Shown: one piece after another, positions 13,201-27,000 of the stretch
How the letters are laid out: each line of letters opens with the position of its first letter
Numbering within the stretch: position 1 is the stretch's first letter
NCBI GenBank assembly: GCA_051362555.1
Contig: CM120640.1
Span: 62,908,788 to 62,972,787 of the forward strand
Reading direction: 5' to 3'
Length of the DNA: 64,000 nucleotides
Source: Lingula anatina
Taxonomy: Eukaryota; Animalia; Brachiopoda
The notes under the pieces: model-generated
What the model was told of the DNA's origin: nothing
Seen by the model: the letters and a program-made list of their open reading frames with translations, nothing else
Database searches by the model: none
Translations under genes and position numbers: made by a program

Positions 13201-15077
13201 TATTAGATGCAATGATGTCCTTCGAAGCATTTGTGTCTTAACCTTTTTTATCATGTGATTTCATTTACACCATGTCTTTGTCTCTATGTTCTTAAATAAT
13301 GCTTAAGTGCGGGCAGGAAACAATGGATATTGACTTTTCTCTTTTCAATTATACTTTGGGAGAAAATGAACTTTTTAAGTACAGAAGGGTACTAGGGAGT
13401 AAAAATGCATTGCTTCTTAAAGTGAAAAAACAAATTTGAGACCTTTGTATTGGTTGTTAAATATCACTAAGTTATCATGTGCATGCGATTTCCTTTATTC
13501 GTTTCAAAGAAAGGTCCATTTTGCTGCATAGATTTAAAGCTCAACTAATTGTGACCATTTTTATGATATTACTTTTATGACCAAACGGTCCCAGGCTGCC
13601 CTAGGCACACCATTTTTGCCTTTGATTTTTATTTCCAGATATCTTTGCACCAATATAATGGCAAGCACGCTCAGTTCAGGATTCTGCCAAGGTACAAAGT
13701 GAAATCGGAAGGGGAATACGTAAGTAGCTCTGGTGATGACTTTGTATTCCCATGGTACGATCAAATTAAAACCAATCTACTGGAGATGATACAGTGTCGT
13801 ACACTTTAAGTCTATTTTCATGGCACCATTTAGTCGAAAAGTCGAATCTTCTCTTCTATCATTATCTACATACAAATAACATAATAAGTGATCATCTCCC
13901 TAGGGGTTCATTTGTGACTGGGGCAATTAACATGTTGGATTTATGTGCTCTAGTCCGACACTACTTTCAAAGGGTGGCGCTCTTTTATCTATCATCTATT
14001 CCAGTTATTGCTGTAATCGCTTAGTGCTTAAGAGATAAATGCGATTTTCATTTTTCCGTTTTTTTCCATCTGACCTTGCCTTTTATCGTTTTTTCATTTT
14101 TCATTTTTCCAAGGTGCAAATATTAGACCAGATCGTGTACGAAAGTTTTAAATCTCAAGGACACTATTTCCACTCAAGTGTACCATGGAATATCGAAAAA
14201 GATATGGTTGGGTAGGTTTTAAAGATGAAAATCCAAGGACTTCATTACACTGTTTTGCTGTTACTCGTAATCTCTGTAACACCAGACTATAAGAAAAGAC
14301 ATTTTTCAATTCTTCGTTCTCGTAATATACCCCAAGGAAGCTTGAGGCGAAATGTCGCAATATGCCCAGTTTGATTTTTGTCGCAATTGATGAAAAAGTT
14401 GTCCTAGTCACCTGAGATTGCCCCGAGGCAGTAAGTATATTAAGTCTGCTAGATATCGATCAAATTATTTAAGGTCACCACGAAATGTCGTTACTCTTTT
14501 TATCACAATGGTACCCATATACATAGGGGGTAGCTTTATGGACATTAGAACGTCACCGAAATGTGTATGTAGGTTTTCAGAGGCCATTCTAATGGTGAGC
14601 TAATGAGGAAGGTCCTCGTTAGTGCAATTTACATTAACTTGATAGAGACGGGGTCATTGTTCGCCGTCAGCGTCTTGAGATTAAGCCCTCAGATTGATAT
14701 CTTGATATCTTGCATGTCAGTAACACTGTCAAAATACGGTTGTAGGCATCTGGGTCTCTTTGATAAATTGCATCTACATTTTTTTTTTTTTTTTTTTTTT
14801 TTGCAAAATTTAATTGAATACTTTCATTTTTATGTCATAAATTAAATTTGAAACCACGAGTTTGCTTTTTCTTCTGAGTGAATTCTGGAACTACATGCAT
14901 GTGCTCAGCATAAACATGGTTACACGTAAAAGTACGGACATCCACTTCCTGCGTAGCTACCTATAGCAATCGCGTTGATCTTTTTTCAGATCGGAATTGA
15001 ACTTAGGGGTGGCACAGACAGGCTTCACAGTAGTAAGATATTACAGACCAAGTGATGAAAATGAAGCGAATGTCAGA
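7227..15077 (+). CDS. ITPR: ITPR-like gene, exons 1-8: N-terminal suppressor beta-trefoil domain
   Basis: MGEFLCIGDYISLFCE...FRVCIQNRYK...RQHGKRVRYGEIIQLKHVFTDKYV...FRILPRYKVKSEGEYVQILDQI parallels IP3R1 MSSFLHIGDICSLYAE...FKLCPMNRYS...IQYGNVIQLLHLKSNKYL...[22 protein letters not shown]. An in-frame TAG at 7179-7181 upstream supports ATG 7227 as the start. Confidence 0.9.
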
Positions 15078-18000
15078 GTAAGTGCCTTTGTGAATTGGAC
15101 GTGATTTACTTGTTTTCTTGTTGTGAAAAAGACAGCAGCGGATTTTCATGTCTTTGTTTTTGATCAAGTCGAAAATTATTTTATGAGCAGTCATAGATTA
15201 AATCATTTATCCATAAAATATTTACTCCGTCCATTTCTATTATCACAGGGAAGTAGTTTTATACGCCTTTTTCACAAAGAACTGGAAGCATACCTTGTCG
15301 CAGAGGGATTGTTTGGTGAACCCGTACAAGAAGAGGGTTTGTAGATTGCATATTCGTAATTAAATATAATTAAGCCTTTTAATCCGCTAAAACGACAATC
15401 ATTTTTAAAATTAAAAGTAATCTTTGGATAGCGTGGTAATACAAGTGGTATTTTGTGACTCTGGTACTCAAATTTTTCAAATGTAGCGTCGATTCGTCCC
15501 ATGGTATTTGTCAACATCGATTGGACGTAGAAAGACCGCATTGATAGCGTAGCCCCGTGCTCTTTCCCGTCTAATTACTGTTAGTGGTAAAACATGTTGT
15601 CAGTCCTCTAACAGCCAGCAAGTAGTGTGTATAAAATGATACGTTAACCAAACACATTGAAACGACACTCCCAACGGGGACGGAAAGGCATTTTCTTAGT
15701 ATAGTTATTCATACATTTTGCATTGCAGTCCATCTACGGATTAGAGAGATTGACCAGCTGAACCCCCGGACGCTCTCGCCACCTAATTCCGCCATCACCT
15801 ACTGGCAGGTCGAGCCTGAGGATACCATCCTTAATGGTTTGTTAGAAATATTCTTAATGGTCTCTGTCCTTAATTGAGTGAAATATGTATTTTAAGTTTG
15901 TCATTTGGCGCTAGTACATTTGTAGTCTAGTTAGTGTCTAGGCGTAAAGCTAAGTTATCGTGGTTTACTAATGGTATCCATCCATTTAGAGCTGGCGACT
16001 TACGTCCTAAATATAAGTGTGTTTTATCGACTTCTTAGTCCAGAGTTCAAAACTGCCACACGCGATTACGAGCATTTTCGATATTTCCGCACGCTTTTTA
16101 CAGATTCACCGCTGTCCTACCCCCCTGCCTTACACATTTCTCCAAAACTCGCCAATAAATCCCACAACATTACCGTTTTTTTGTAAGTTTCTCCACATAC
16201 TTACAGTTTCCCTACTTTGCGTGTTTTTCATCGACAGCGAAGTGGGAAAACTAAATTGGTAGTGTTGTGGGATTTATCGGTGGGTTGTGAAAAAAAAATG
16301 TTAGAACGGAGGGGGGGGGGGCAGTAAATCTGTAAAGATTTGTGAAAACAACGGTAATGCTCATACAAATAAATCTTGTGTGGTGGTTAGCGAGCCCTGA
16401 CCTCCAGCCACATGCTTTTATTAATATTTGACTGAAAAAGGCTGTCTTTAGATATTGAGAGTATCATTTGGCGTTTTTGTACCTATATTCCTTTTCTCAC
16501 GTCTTGTAAATATATATATATGAGAAATAGACTAAATGTATACTTAAAATTAGTTACGTACTCTAGATATACTTTATAATCTGTGAATATCAGGTGGGGT
16601 CGTTAGATGGGAACAGCAAGTGCGGTTGCGGCACGTCACAACCAGAAGATTCCTGTGTCTGGATGCGGATTTTGAAGTGTGCCTAACAGCCGAGGAAAAC
16701 GATCCGCGGTCGGTATTTAGATTCCATCCAGTGCTATCGGTAAGTTTCACCCCTTCCTTTAGCCTTATAGTCTCTTGGTTACACGTCAAAATGATATAGA
16801 CTGTATTGATAGAAGAGAAAATGTTTCTCTTATATTATGTAGGTTAGTGCTTCTTTGTGCAAATGTGATTGTTTATCATTTTAGAACCCTCATATAGGCA
16901 GTTCAGTTGTACTGGCGTCACTCGCATAGCTGAGCCTTGACGACATGGGCTTCGTTTTACATAGGCTTCTGTTTCCATGTCTATTGTAGAATTGCTAGAC
17001 ATTCATCCTCCATGTAGTGCCATTAAGGATGTTCTATAGTTGAGTGTAACTACCACCAGTCTCTTGCCAGCTTCTTTTGAGATCACTTGCGAGTGACTCT
17101 CCGACAGACACTCAGCTATCCTTCCACTGGAGAGGGAAAGTGGTCCATTTTTTTCTCGTTCACTTCATAATGCACCGATTATTGTTTGCCCTATTATTTG
17201 GTGTGTTACTTCGAAGAAGGAGTAATATGTGCGTGCGCGCGCGCGCACGAGTGTGTGTATGAATAATAATTCTGACTTAAAGTATCGCAGTAAGTCTATG
17301 ACACAAAAGACAACCTATCTCTGTCGGTGTAACATGAATAAATACTGTATGCTGCGTCAATATTTGGTGGTTTATGAATATATCAGTGAATTCCATCGCT
17401 TTCCCTCTCCAACGGAAAATAAGCTGAGAGGTCCTGCCGAAAACGACATTTGGCGGAAAGGTAGCTGAAAGTAGTTGTGGGAAATATGCAATCGCAGCTC
17501 TCTCTGAGAGTTGCCGTCAATGAATTTCACTCACAAGTGGGATGTATTTCACTAGTTATTTCGGGACTTAGAGACTCGTGGCGGTTACTTTCAGCGGGGA
17601 ATCGCCCTTACAATTACATTTGTTCCATTAGATCAGAAAAAATGACCACCACTGTCACAATTACGTTTATTTTTATTTTTTTTTTATTATTTTTTTTTTT
17701 TTTGAAAAGGAATGTAGATGGGGAGGGATTGATATCGTTGCTTTTGTTGTAACTTTTATCGATGTATACATTTGACTTGTCTAGAGAGTCAGCTACTGTT
17801 AAAGAGTGTGCGCCTACTTTCACGTATATCTTAATAAAGCTCAACACGCATTATTATGCAAAACTCCGCAAAAAATCTTTCACTTTGCCTCTATGAATAT
17901 GAAGCTGAGAGAACAAGATTTGGACCCGGACACACCGGTAAGCTGTTATGAAAGTGACAGTGATTGGGCTGGGTTCTGCCGCTTTTTTTCATGAACCACA

Positions 18001-20977
18001 AGTGTGATTTTAATAGCATTTTAGCTCTGGTGTGTCGTTCTTGACGATAACATTACCGATGCTAAGCCGAATTTGGCATATTACTGCTCACTGCTGATAG
18101 TCATCAAGTGGGATAACGTGTCAACTATATGCTTTATTCTCCAAACTTTAGAACATTTTGTATTTTTTCTGGAAATGGTGGCACTTAAAACGCCCTACAG
18201 CCATTTGTCTTCATTAATAAATCATAAGTCCACAAAGCGAGCACCAATTTTCTAGGAACTTCACCTTAACTTGTTACTAATTCGTACAAATGTCACACAA
18301 TAACTGTTAGATCTATAGGAATAAAATAATTTTGAACTTAGTTCAGATGTCTGTTAACCCAGATGACTAAACCACAAAATCAACTTAATGCTGTAACTTT
18401 TCACCGTTCTTCCACAAGAGGAGAAGTCAATTCCTTCAACTTTAGTCGGGCTTCTGTAAACTGTTTCCTTTAATTTAGCTTCCATTAATATCATTTGGAG
18501 TGTAAGTTTACTAACCCTTAAACAAGATGGTACCAATTTTTGTTCGGTTTTCCTTAGATGAAATAAGTAGCTATATTGAAATTTACAGATCATAAGCACT
18601 TTTCCTCGACAGCGCTGTAGTGTTTTTTAGTTGTCAGAATCAGAAGTGTCAGAATCAGAAGTATCAGAATAAGTGTAAGTTTACTAACCCTTAAACAAGA
18701 TGGTACCAATTTTTGTTCGGTTTTCCTTAGATGAAATAAGTAGCTATATTGAAATTTACAGATCATAAGCACTTTTCCTCGACAGCGCTGTAGTGTTTTT
18801 TAGTTGTCAGAATCAGAAGTGTCAGAATCAGAAGTATCAGAATAATCACCCACGCCAAGGCCACCCCTAGGGCTTATTTAACCTTAAATATGTGCTACAG
18901 AATTGTTAACAGGTCGGGGTATATTGTTGAGTGTGAATTATGTATACCGTTACCCTTACACTTCACTTATAGCTCCTTCCAACCCCGCCGTTATAAACCC
19001 AAAACAGCACGTTTTGAGCAGTAAGGTCTTGATGCTTTTCTTATAATTTACGCTAACGGTGGATTAAAATATGTACCATTTATTTGATTTGTGTCATTGT
19101 GACACGGAAAAAGTGGCGCTTCTTTGAAAAAAGCGTCTGCAGTTAGTCTGTCCTTCATTATATTCGGTTACTACATATTCAGGAGGGACTTGACAAGCGT
19201 CCAATGTATAGCAGCATGCTTGGATGCGAGATGCAATCCTTTAAAACCCAATGTTTTTGTTTGTCTTTTAAATGCTTTGCATTGGCTTAACGTTTTGCTG
19301 TATGCTTTTTTGTATTTCAGCTGTCGGATTTTGTAAGTAATTACTTGATAGGTTGCCCAATTGCACGCTATCCCGTATTTGTTGATGTCGTAGATCGAGT
19401 AGGCATGCTAGTTTTCTCTAGAATGGACCATAATTTAGTTTTAGAATATAGTTCTAGAATATTTAGAGGCTGGAATCCATAACCAAACTTTATTACGGAT
19501 GTTTAGAAAGAAACAAACAATAGGGGATAAACGTTATTTCAGTGACGCTTTAAGTTTCACATATTATCGAAGGTTTAGTTGGGCAGCTTCCCGAACTATA
19601 CAAGTTAGTTACTTTTAGAATGCTTCGACAATTACAGGCAAAGCATGTTTTAATGTTCTTTGAAAAATATTGTTTCGCATTAGAAGATGGTCACAGTAAG
19701 ATAATGAGGTTTTGAGTTATATAATGCCTGTAGAAGGTACATTGTGGTATATTTGAATTTTGTATTGACTATTAAGGTGTCGGGTTTCAATGAGAATGGC
19801 GAATGTTGCCTGTGACTGCTCCTATTTTTAAGAATCCCTCTACAATTTCTAAGCATTGGCATGAGTTTTAGGAATTTGAAGTCGCCTTGCCAGCAGATGC
19901 ATTATCTTGACACTTGTTTTCTTTTGTTTGGAATATTTTGTTTGATTTTGGACTATTTTTATGACCCGATTTTGGATTGTATGCAACTATAAACACATGA
20001 AGTGTTTTGCATGTTTTGTACTGTACCCCCGAACCAATTTCTGAATTTTGACGCTATTGGTACTAACATGGTCAACGCAATGGTAGCTACTTACCTTTTC
20101 CTTTAGAAAAACACATCCCGTGTTTCACCAACAATTTGGGAATATTAATACTTTCCCTCTTAATACTAATAGTGTTTGTTTAAAATAAAAAATGACATTT
20201 TGTTTGATTTAGATATAAGGAATTCGCGTATTGTGTTGTATTTATGCCAAAAAGACAGATGTAAGACGTCAGATTGTGCATTTGGAATGGTTTTATTGCA
20301 TATCCATTCCCAACAACATATTAAATAATATTTTCTTTGCTGCTGTTGATATTTTTGCATATTTGCTCATAAAGTTGCCATAATATAATGAAGCTATTGA
20401 AAAAAAAGTAATTTAAGAAAGAAGTGACGTGGTTTGCTGACCTTAGCAACCCGTAACATTTTAGCATTTTATCAAATATTATCATCTATTTAATTTTACA
20501 CATATTTTATCTGTAAATGCATCTTGGCATCTTAGCACTGCATTCATTAATATCAATATTTTTGCATATTTATCTGTAAATGCATATATTTTGGGTTAAT
20601 TTTGTAATAATTTTATTAAAATTGTCTACGGTAATGCATAACACAAATGTTTGTACAAGTACAGTTGATTGAATTGGATTGAAAATTTAAAGAAGTGATT
20701 TTCTGATTCAGGTGTGTTATTCTGTTCTGTTCACTCTTATTATAATCTAATCTAATCTTTAATAATTATGTTTAACAGGAACAAAATGAGATAGACTTCG
20801 AGAGTTACTGCCGGATTGAGCACGTTTTGACAGGAAATTGGTTACACGCTCTGAAAGGTAAAAAAGGGGACGTTTTATTTCTTTGACCCCCTTAAAACTT
20901 AAAAAAGCTGCAAATGGAAACTTGTTTCATATGTGATCCCATTTCAGTAATCCCTCGGCGTTTTAGCACGCGCGCTT

Positions 20978-21015
<38 letters not shown>

Positions 21016-24000
21016 TATTTACCTTTGTCAAGTGACGTAATGTCATAAGGAGGTTTTCCATATATCTTGTGAATAAAATTTTTCTTTACTTACTTTTTAG
21101 ATGAACCGTATCAACGGAGGCGTGATATGGGCCGTGAAAATGATCGCAGCATGCAGGCACTTAGGTGGGATGGGGGAGAGGTTCGCAAGGTACCGTGAAA
21201 CACCAGTTCACCTTCTGTTTAGTTGTTCACTACATTGCACATAAAAAGAATAATCAATTTCAAGTAATATTTTGGATTAATATTAACTCTAATGATATTG
21301 TTAAATTCATGCAAGATCTCATGGATATCGTTATTTGTCTATTCCTCAGATATCTTCGACAGAAAACCGGCGTTACGTAGACGTGTTCACAATACATGAA
21401 GTGGAATGGGAACAGATCTACAGTGCTAACTTTGTCGCTGGAATGGTGCCCTTCTTGTCAAAATTGATAGAATCGGTAAACTATTGACCTTGCAAACTTT
21501 TGTGTCTGTTCGTTGGATATCATTTTGGGTTAAACGACTTAAAACGATGTACTTCTATCAATGGTTAATTTAACACATTACAAAAATGGTTTGTTAATAA
21601 GTTTTACTTAGTTAATGATTGAGATACCTGTATATAGGCTTTCATTATTTTTTTGTTTCTAGCGTGAAGAATGTGATTATCTCAATGCGATGAAAACGCA
21701 CCAAATCACAACTGTAAGTACAAAGAAATAACAGTGTCTTAGGAATTGTATTGATGTACTGTAGAGGTGGGCCAAAGCATCCCATTCAATTAGGTCAATA
21801 ATTCATGATCAAATGACAAACATACTCTCTTTGAATATTTCATCTTACAAAAAGGTCACGTTTGACAGTTGTTGTGTTCTCAATATTTGTAGGCGCTCCA
21901 GGAATTGAAGCAGTTCATGATCATCAATGGCGAAACATACAAAGATCACCAGAAGTTGATGAGGAATTTCAGGGTAAATAAAAAGTTTTAAAAACGTTAC
22001 CAAAACGAACAGTTTATTCCAAAAGACACCGAGCATTAATTGCTAGCATGTTTTATTTGGGATATTAACTGAAAAATCAAAATCAAGATAATTTGCACGA
22101 ATATCTTAGTTTTGGATCTTGTATATTCATTTTTAGTGTGCTCTTAACCGTTATATCCTTATTTTTAACAACGAACCCCTATTAAGACTATATTGCTTTA
22201 TTTGGTTTCCAGATAGTTGACCTACTTGTACAGCTGCTCCAGAGTCCACTTCAAGATGCCCCGGACAGCAACTACCTTCTTAGCGTATTCAAGGAGGCGT
22301 ATGACATCTTGTATACTTACATGACCGGAAACAGCAGGAAGAACGCGCTCTACTTCGCTAAGTACATCGAGTTCTTTCAAACGCAACTGAGCCTAAAGGT
22401 AACTACTGATAATTAAATGTGACATTTGTAATAGTAATTACTTTTGCATAAGACCAGGGACAATCACATTTTAGTTAGACGCACTCAGTGCTGCTTATTT
22501 TACGCCAAATGACAAGGCAACTCACCGTACGAAGCGTGCATGTTTGTTTCTAATTTGCTCAGAAAAACAAGGACATAATGCTGGTGCTATCTTAAAATAA
22601 AGATTCTTAACATTTTAATCGGGAGTGTTGCCCTCAGCGTTAAGTGTACATTTGAATGCGCCCTTTTTAAATTAGAATAATGAGGTAATGCACGGTTACA
22701 TCTAATATGTTATTAATGTACAGGCGTCAACCAGCGTTATGATAAAGCAATACCATCTGGTAGTAGTGGATCCTACTTTAAAGGTTACGTATACATAATT
22801 GGAGTTAGAGTTGCCATTTTGCAGATAGCTATAGCTGCATGGCAGTGAACGTTTAGCGGGGGTGCAGATAGCATGACTTTACTATGTTCCTATATTGCTT
22901 GTATTATACGGCGTAGCATCCAGGCATGTTAGGCATGGTATGCAAGCGGGGAATGTCCAGTTTTATGGAGGACATGCAAATGCATCTAATTTTTATAATC
23001 ATTATTGATATAAACGCTCGTTATTTGTACTGATATTGTTATCTTACATAACAGAAGATTTTCTGCGCTGCTGTATTTATTACATTTATGTAGCTAAGCG
23101 TTTCTCCCTGTGCGCATCTATATTCAACATGGCATAAGGTTCGGCTGCGATCGAAAGCATTTTAGCGTTGCGTGTTTTATTGTTACAATTATGTGAGTGT
23201 TGATTTTGGTTCAGTTTTCAGTAGTTGTTTTGTGAGGTCTTTGCAACTGGTATTACATGTTTGTTGTTATGCAACGACAACGACAAATTAATCATCGAAA
23301 ACAGAAAGTGTTTTCCTACAAAAGTATGTAAAATTTTGCCATTTGAAAAGTGTGGCACTAAGTATAACTAACCAGCCATTCATGCAGTATGCCTTCAATT
23401 AAAAATAAAAAAAAAACAATCAATATCATTTTCATTTTCTAAAATTCTTACAGAACTTGATAAACACTTTAGTTTACCGAAATGGTTCTGTTGATCCCCT
23501 CTCCTAACTACGTAACGGTATTGCGTAGTTAGGGTGATTAACTCTGACGTGCGTTTTCGTGTCAACGATTTGCTATAATTTCAGCAAATGTTTCTGTTTT
23601 TTGTCTTGCTTCAACGTTTGTATCGTGTCTGTTTGTGACGTTAAAAATTCATGGCTATTTTTTGTTCAAACTTTGTAACATGAATGAATCTCAACGGTAA
23701 GTTCTTGCATGATATTTGCCTATTATATACGGACGGAGGATGTATTATTCCAAGACATTAATAGCGGCACAATGTGGCAGCACCATCTGCATGGGACTAC
23801 GTCGACAGTTGTGATTAGTGTAGACTTTCGTGTTGGTGATATATGTAACACCGTTTTGTTTTTGTGACATCGTTGTTATCTGATATATATATTGATATTC
23901 TTATTTTGTATTTATATTTTCTTTATTTAGTTTTTCGTTTAAGAAAACATACACATGCGTTGAAGTTCGACCTAGGATTGACTGAGAATGATTTTGAATT

Positions 24001-27000
24001 TCGCAAAAAATATGTCGTTTCAGAAAAGCTTGAGGATATCTTATTGAAAATATTACAACGCGTTCTTTTGCAGTGTTCTGTATGGATATCAAATTTGCGC
24101 ATTACTCCAAAACTGTGTTAAACTTCATTTTTTCATTATTGTTTTCAGGGCGACATTGGTTTGAATGTAGCTCAGATGTTGGTGGAACTGATCCGCGATA
24201 ACAGACAGATCGTGGACAGAATTACACACGAACAGATAGATATATTCGTTGATCTTCTTAGACAAAGAAAGGTAAACATACTATGTATTTACACACATAA
24301 ATAGACCCTGTTATATATTTACCATATATCTGCGTAGATCCACACTTAAGCATCCCATGATCACGATCTTTGTTAATGAGCTTCGTATTTTAATCTTATA
24401 TGATACCATGGATGTATTACGAAACGAAAATACTTAAACATTTAAAAAAGAGTGGATGTTTCGGAAGGACTATAGTTGTGTATGCTGTATTTTAAAAGCA
24501 GATCAGAATATTAAAAGAAGTTTCTTAAACGTTATACTCTTCGTTCTATTAATTTCACGGAAAACAACTTTAATTGTGTTATGTGTTTAATTGTGTTATG
24601 GTGATATGTATTGATAATTATAAATCTGTTGAATCCATATTACAGAACTACCGTTTCTTGGACCTGCTGAATGTCCTTTGTGTATGTGATGGTAAGACGA
24701 TCCTGGAGAATCAGTCCTACATCACGGAAACCTGGCTACGACATGACAAGGTATCTTTTGATGCTAAAACATGTCATATACACCTTACCGGGGTAAGTTG
24801 AGCCTTTATGTTTGAGATTTGAAAAAAATCGATCCTGTTACCAAGGTAACGGCTTATCCAATTGGAAACCTAGGAGAGATTAAGCTTTTGCCCCCCCCTC
24901 CCAATTCAAGCGCTTTGTCAACACGCACGCACACACACACATACACGCACACACATACACGCACACACACATACACACACACACTCATACATACACACAC
25001 ATACACACACATACACACACACATACACACACACACACGTTAATTCCGTATATTGGATAGAACTTTTTTTTTTTGGGGGGGAGGGTTCTAACTCGCCTTA
25101 TTTAAAAGAGGTATCACACATTTAACAGTTTCGATCTCTCTTACGATTTCAAATGGATGGCCCAAAGATAAATGTTTTTTGTTTTATGTTTTATGTTTTA
25201 TTCATGTTATGTGGTGTCATTTGATTTGTGACTGTGTTCTATAACCTTCATTTAGTCACTCAGTTATATAAACCATACGTCCAATTAGTGCCTGAACCGT
25301 GGTTTGTTATACGGTGTAGTAAAAGTTATTTACAGGTTTTCTCTTATATGTATTGTTTTTGTCTAGTGTCATATACTTCCTAATTCTCAATGTGCATGCC
25401 TTTATAGAGTTCATATTGCGTATACTCCCAAAAGCCAACTGAAGCTGATACTAACTTAGGCCTATGCTTACAGACGGTTTCAATTCGTTATCACATTAAT
25501 TAACGCAATCAATAGAACCCTGCCGTACCTCATCAGTCACGTTAGCGTACCGTTTGTACACTGTGTCTACATGTAATTTGTATATTGTGTTGTTCTGTAT
25601 ATTATGTGTCTACATATAATATGCTTATGTTTTGCTGTGGATGTTATTTATCTGTGTGTGGATTTCCTGGCTCAACTTGCCCAAGCAAATAAAAGCAATG
25701 GACTGATATGGGTGTTAAGAGAGAGATTTTTCATGCATCTTTGAAATTTTCAGCATTTATTATTTAAGTTACGATTCAATTTTGATTTTACAGGCAGACG
25801 TATATTTGATCGAGAGAGGCCAATACATACACAAAGAACATAATGTTGTGTACATATCCACGGACGCTGGTCACACGTGGGTTCCCCTTCACCAGTTTGC
25901 CAATGTAAGAAGCCTGGCGTTTTGAACGAAAGACGATAGATTTCTATGCCACATAAAGACCTGTAGTATTTAACATTACGAAGCTATTTTTATTGTGAAA
26001 AAATCATCCTACTCCACGCTACTTCCTTCCTACTGATGATTTATATTATGTTAAAAAAGATATTTTGATGGACTGAATGTAATTCTTTTTTTTTTCTAAT
26101 CCATTCTACAGGCAGACAGTCCGTACTACAGCGAGGAGGAATACCTGTATCTTGACAGACAGTTGGATCTGTTGGGGAAACTTTGCAAAGTAAGTTAGTT
26201 TTGCCATTTGTAGTCTGCATTAAGAAAAGACATACATACAGCCCTATTCACAAGTAAGACACCAAAATAAAAGCACATCCCCTTTAAAGACAAGACTGCT
26301 ATTGCGCGACCGACGAATGTTTTACTGATGTCATTGATGCCATAGCCAAAAGCATCGATCAAACTGCGAATACCTGTTTTTTTTTTCAGGGGAGGAATCA
26401 GTTCTCAATCCGGGTTATCACCAAGGACTTGGACATCCTTACATGGGAGAATACGTTTGTATGCCTCAGGTCGGAGCTCCTCCCGCCGTCATTAAGGGCC
26501 AAATACTGCAGTCTCATCATAGGTACATTGTCCAGTTTCTAAAAATAATACAAATATTTAAAACTGAAATGAATTTACCACTGAGGCATGTTATTAAAAA
26601 AAAAGAACATTATAAAAAACGAACCTTCCTTGTTACGACTTGTTAATACAAGTATGGAATAAAGCTATTATCATTGCCGTGGTTTCTCATAATCCAATGT
26701 TCTCATTTAGATCTGTTTGTTGATGTTGGTGCCAGTCATTCCGTGCTCGACCAGCACACGCTTGTGTTTGTCTATGAGGACATTGACAACCCTCGGCCGC
26801 TCTATTCTACGAAAAGTCAGGTAAGGAATATTTAAATGCAATTCATAAGTGATATTTGCATGATATGATGACAAATTAAGTATTTTTGATATCCATTTTA
26901 ATTATTAAGTCACAGCTGAATCTTGATAACATACTTCCAACGTTGTAATTTAATAATTTACATTAAATATTCATTTTATCTTAATGATATATTTTTTCAT

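Noticed and set aside
24819-25043. THTH/CVCV-repeat ORFs
   Set aside because: Translations of a (CA)n microsatellite.
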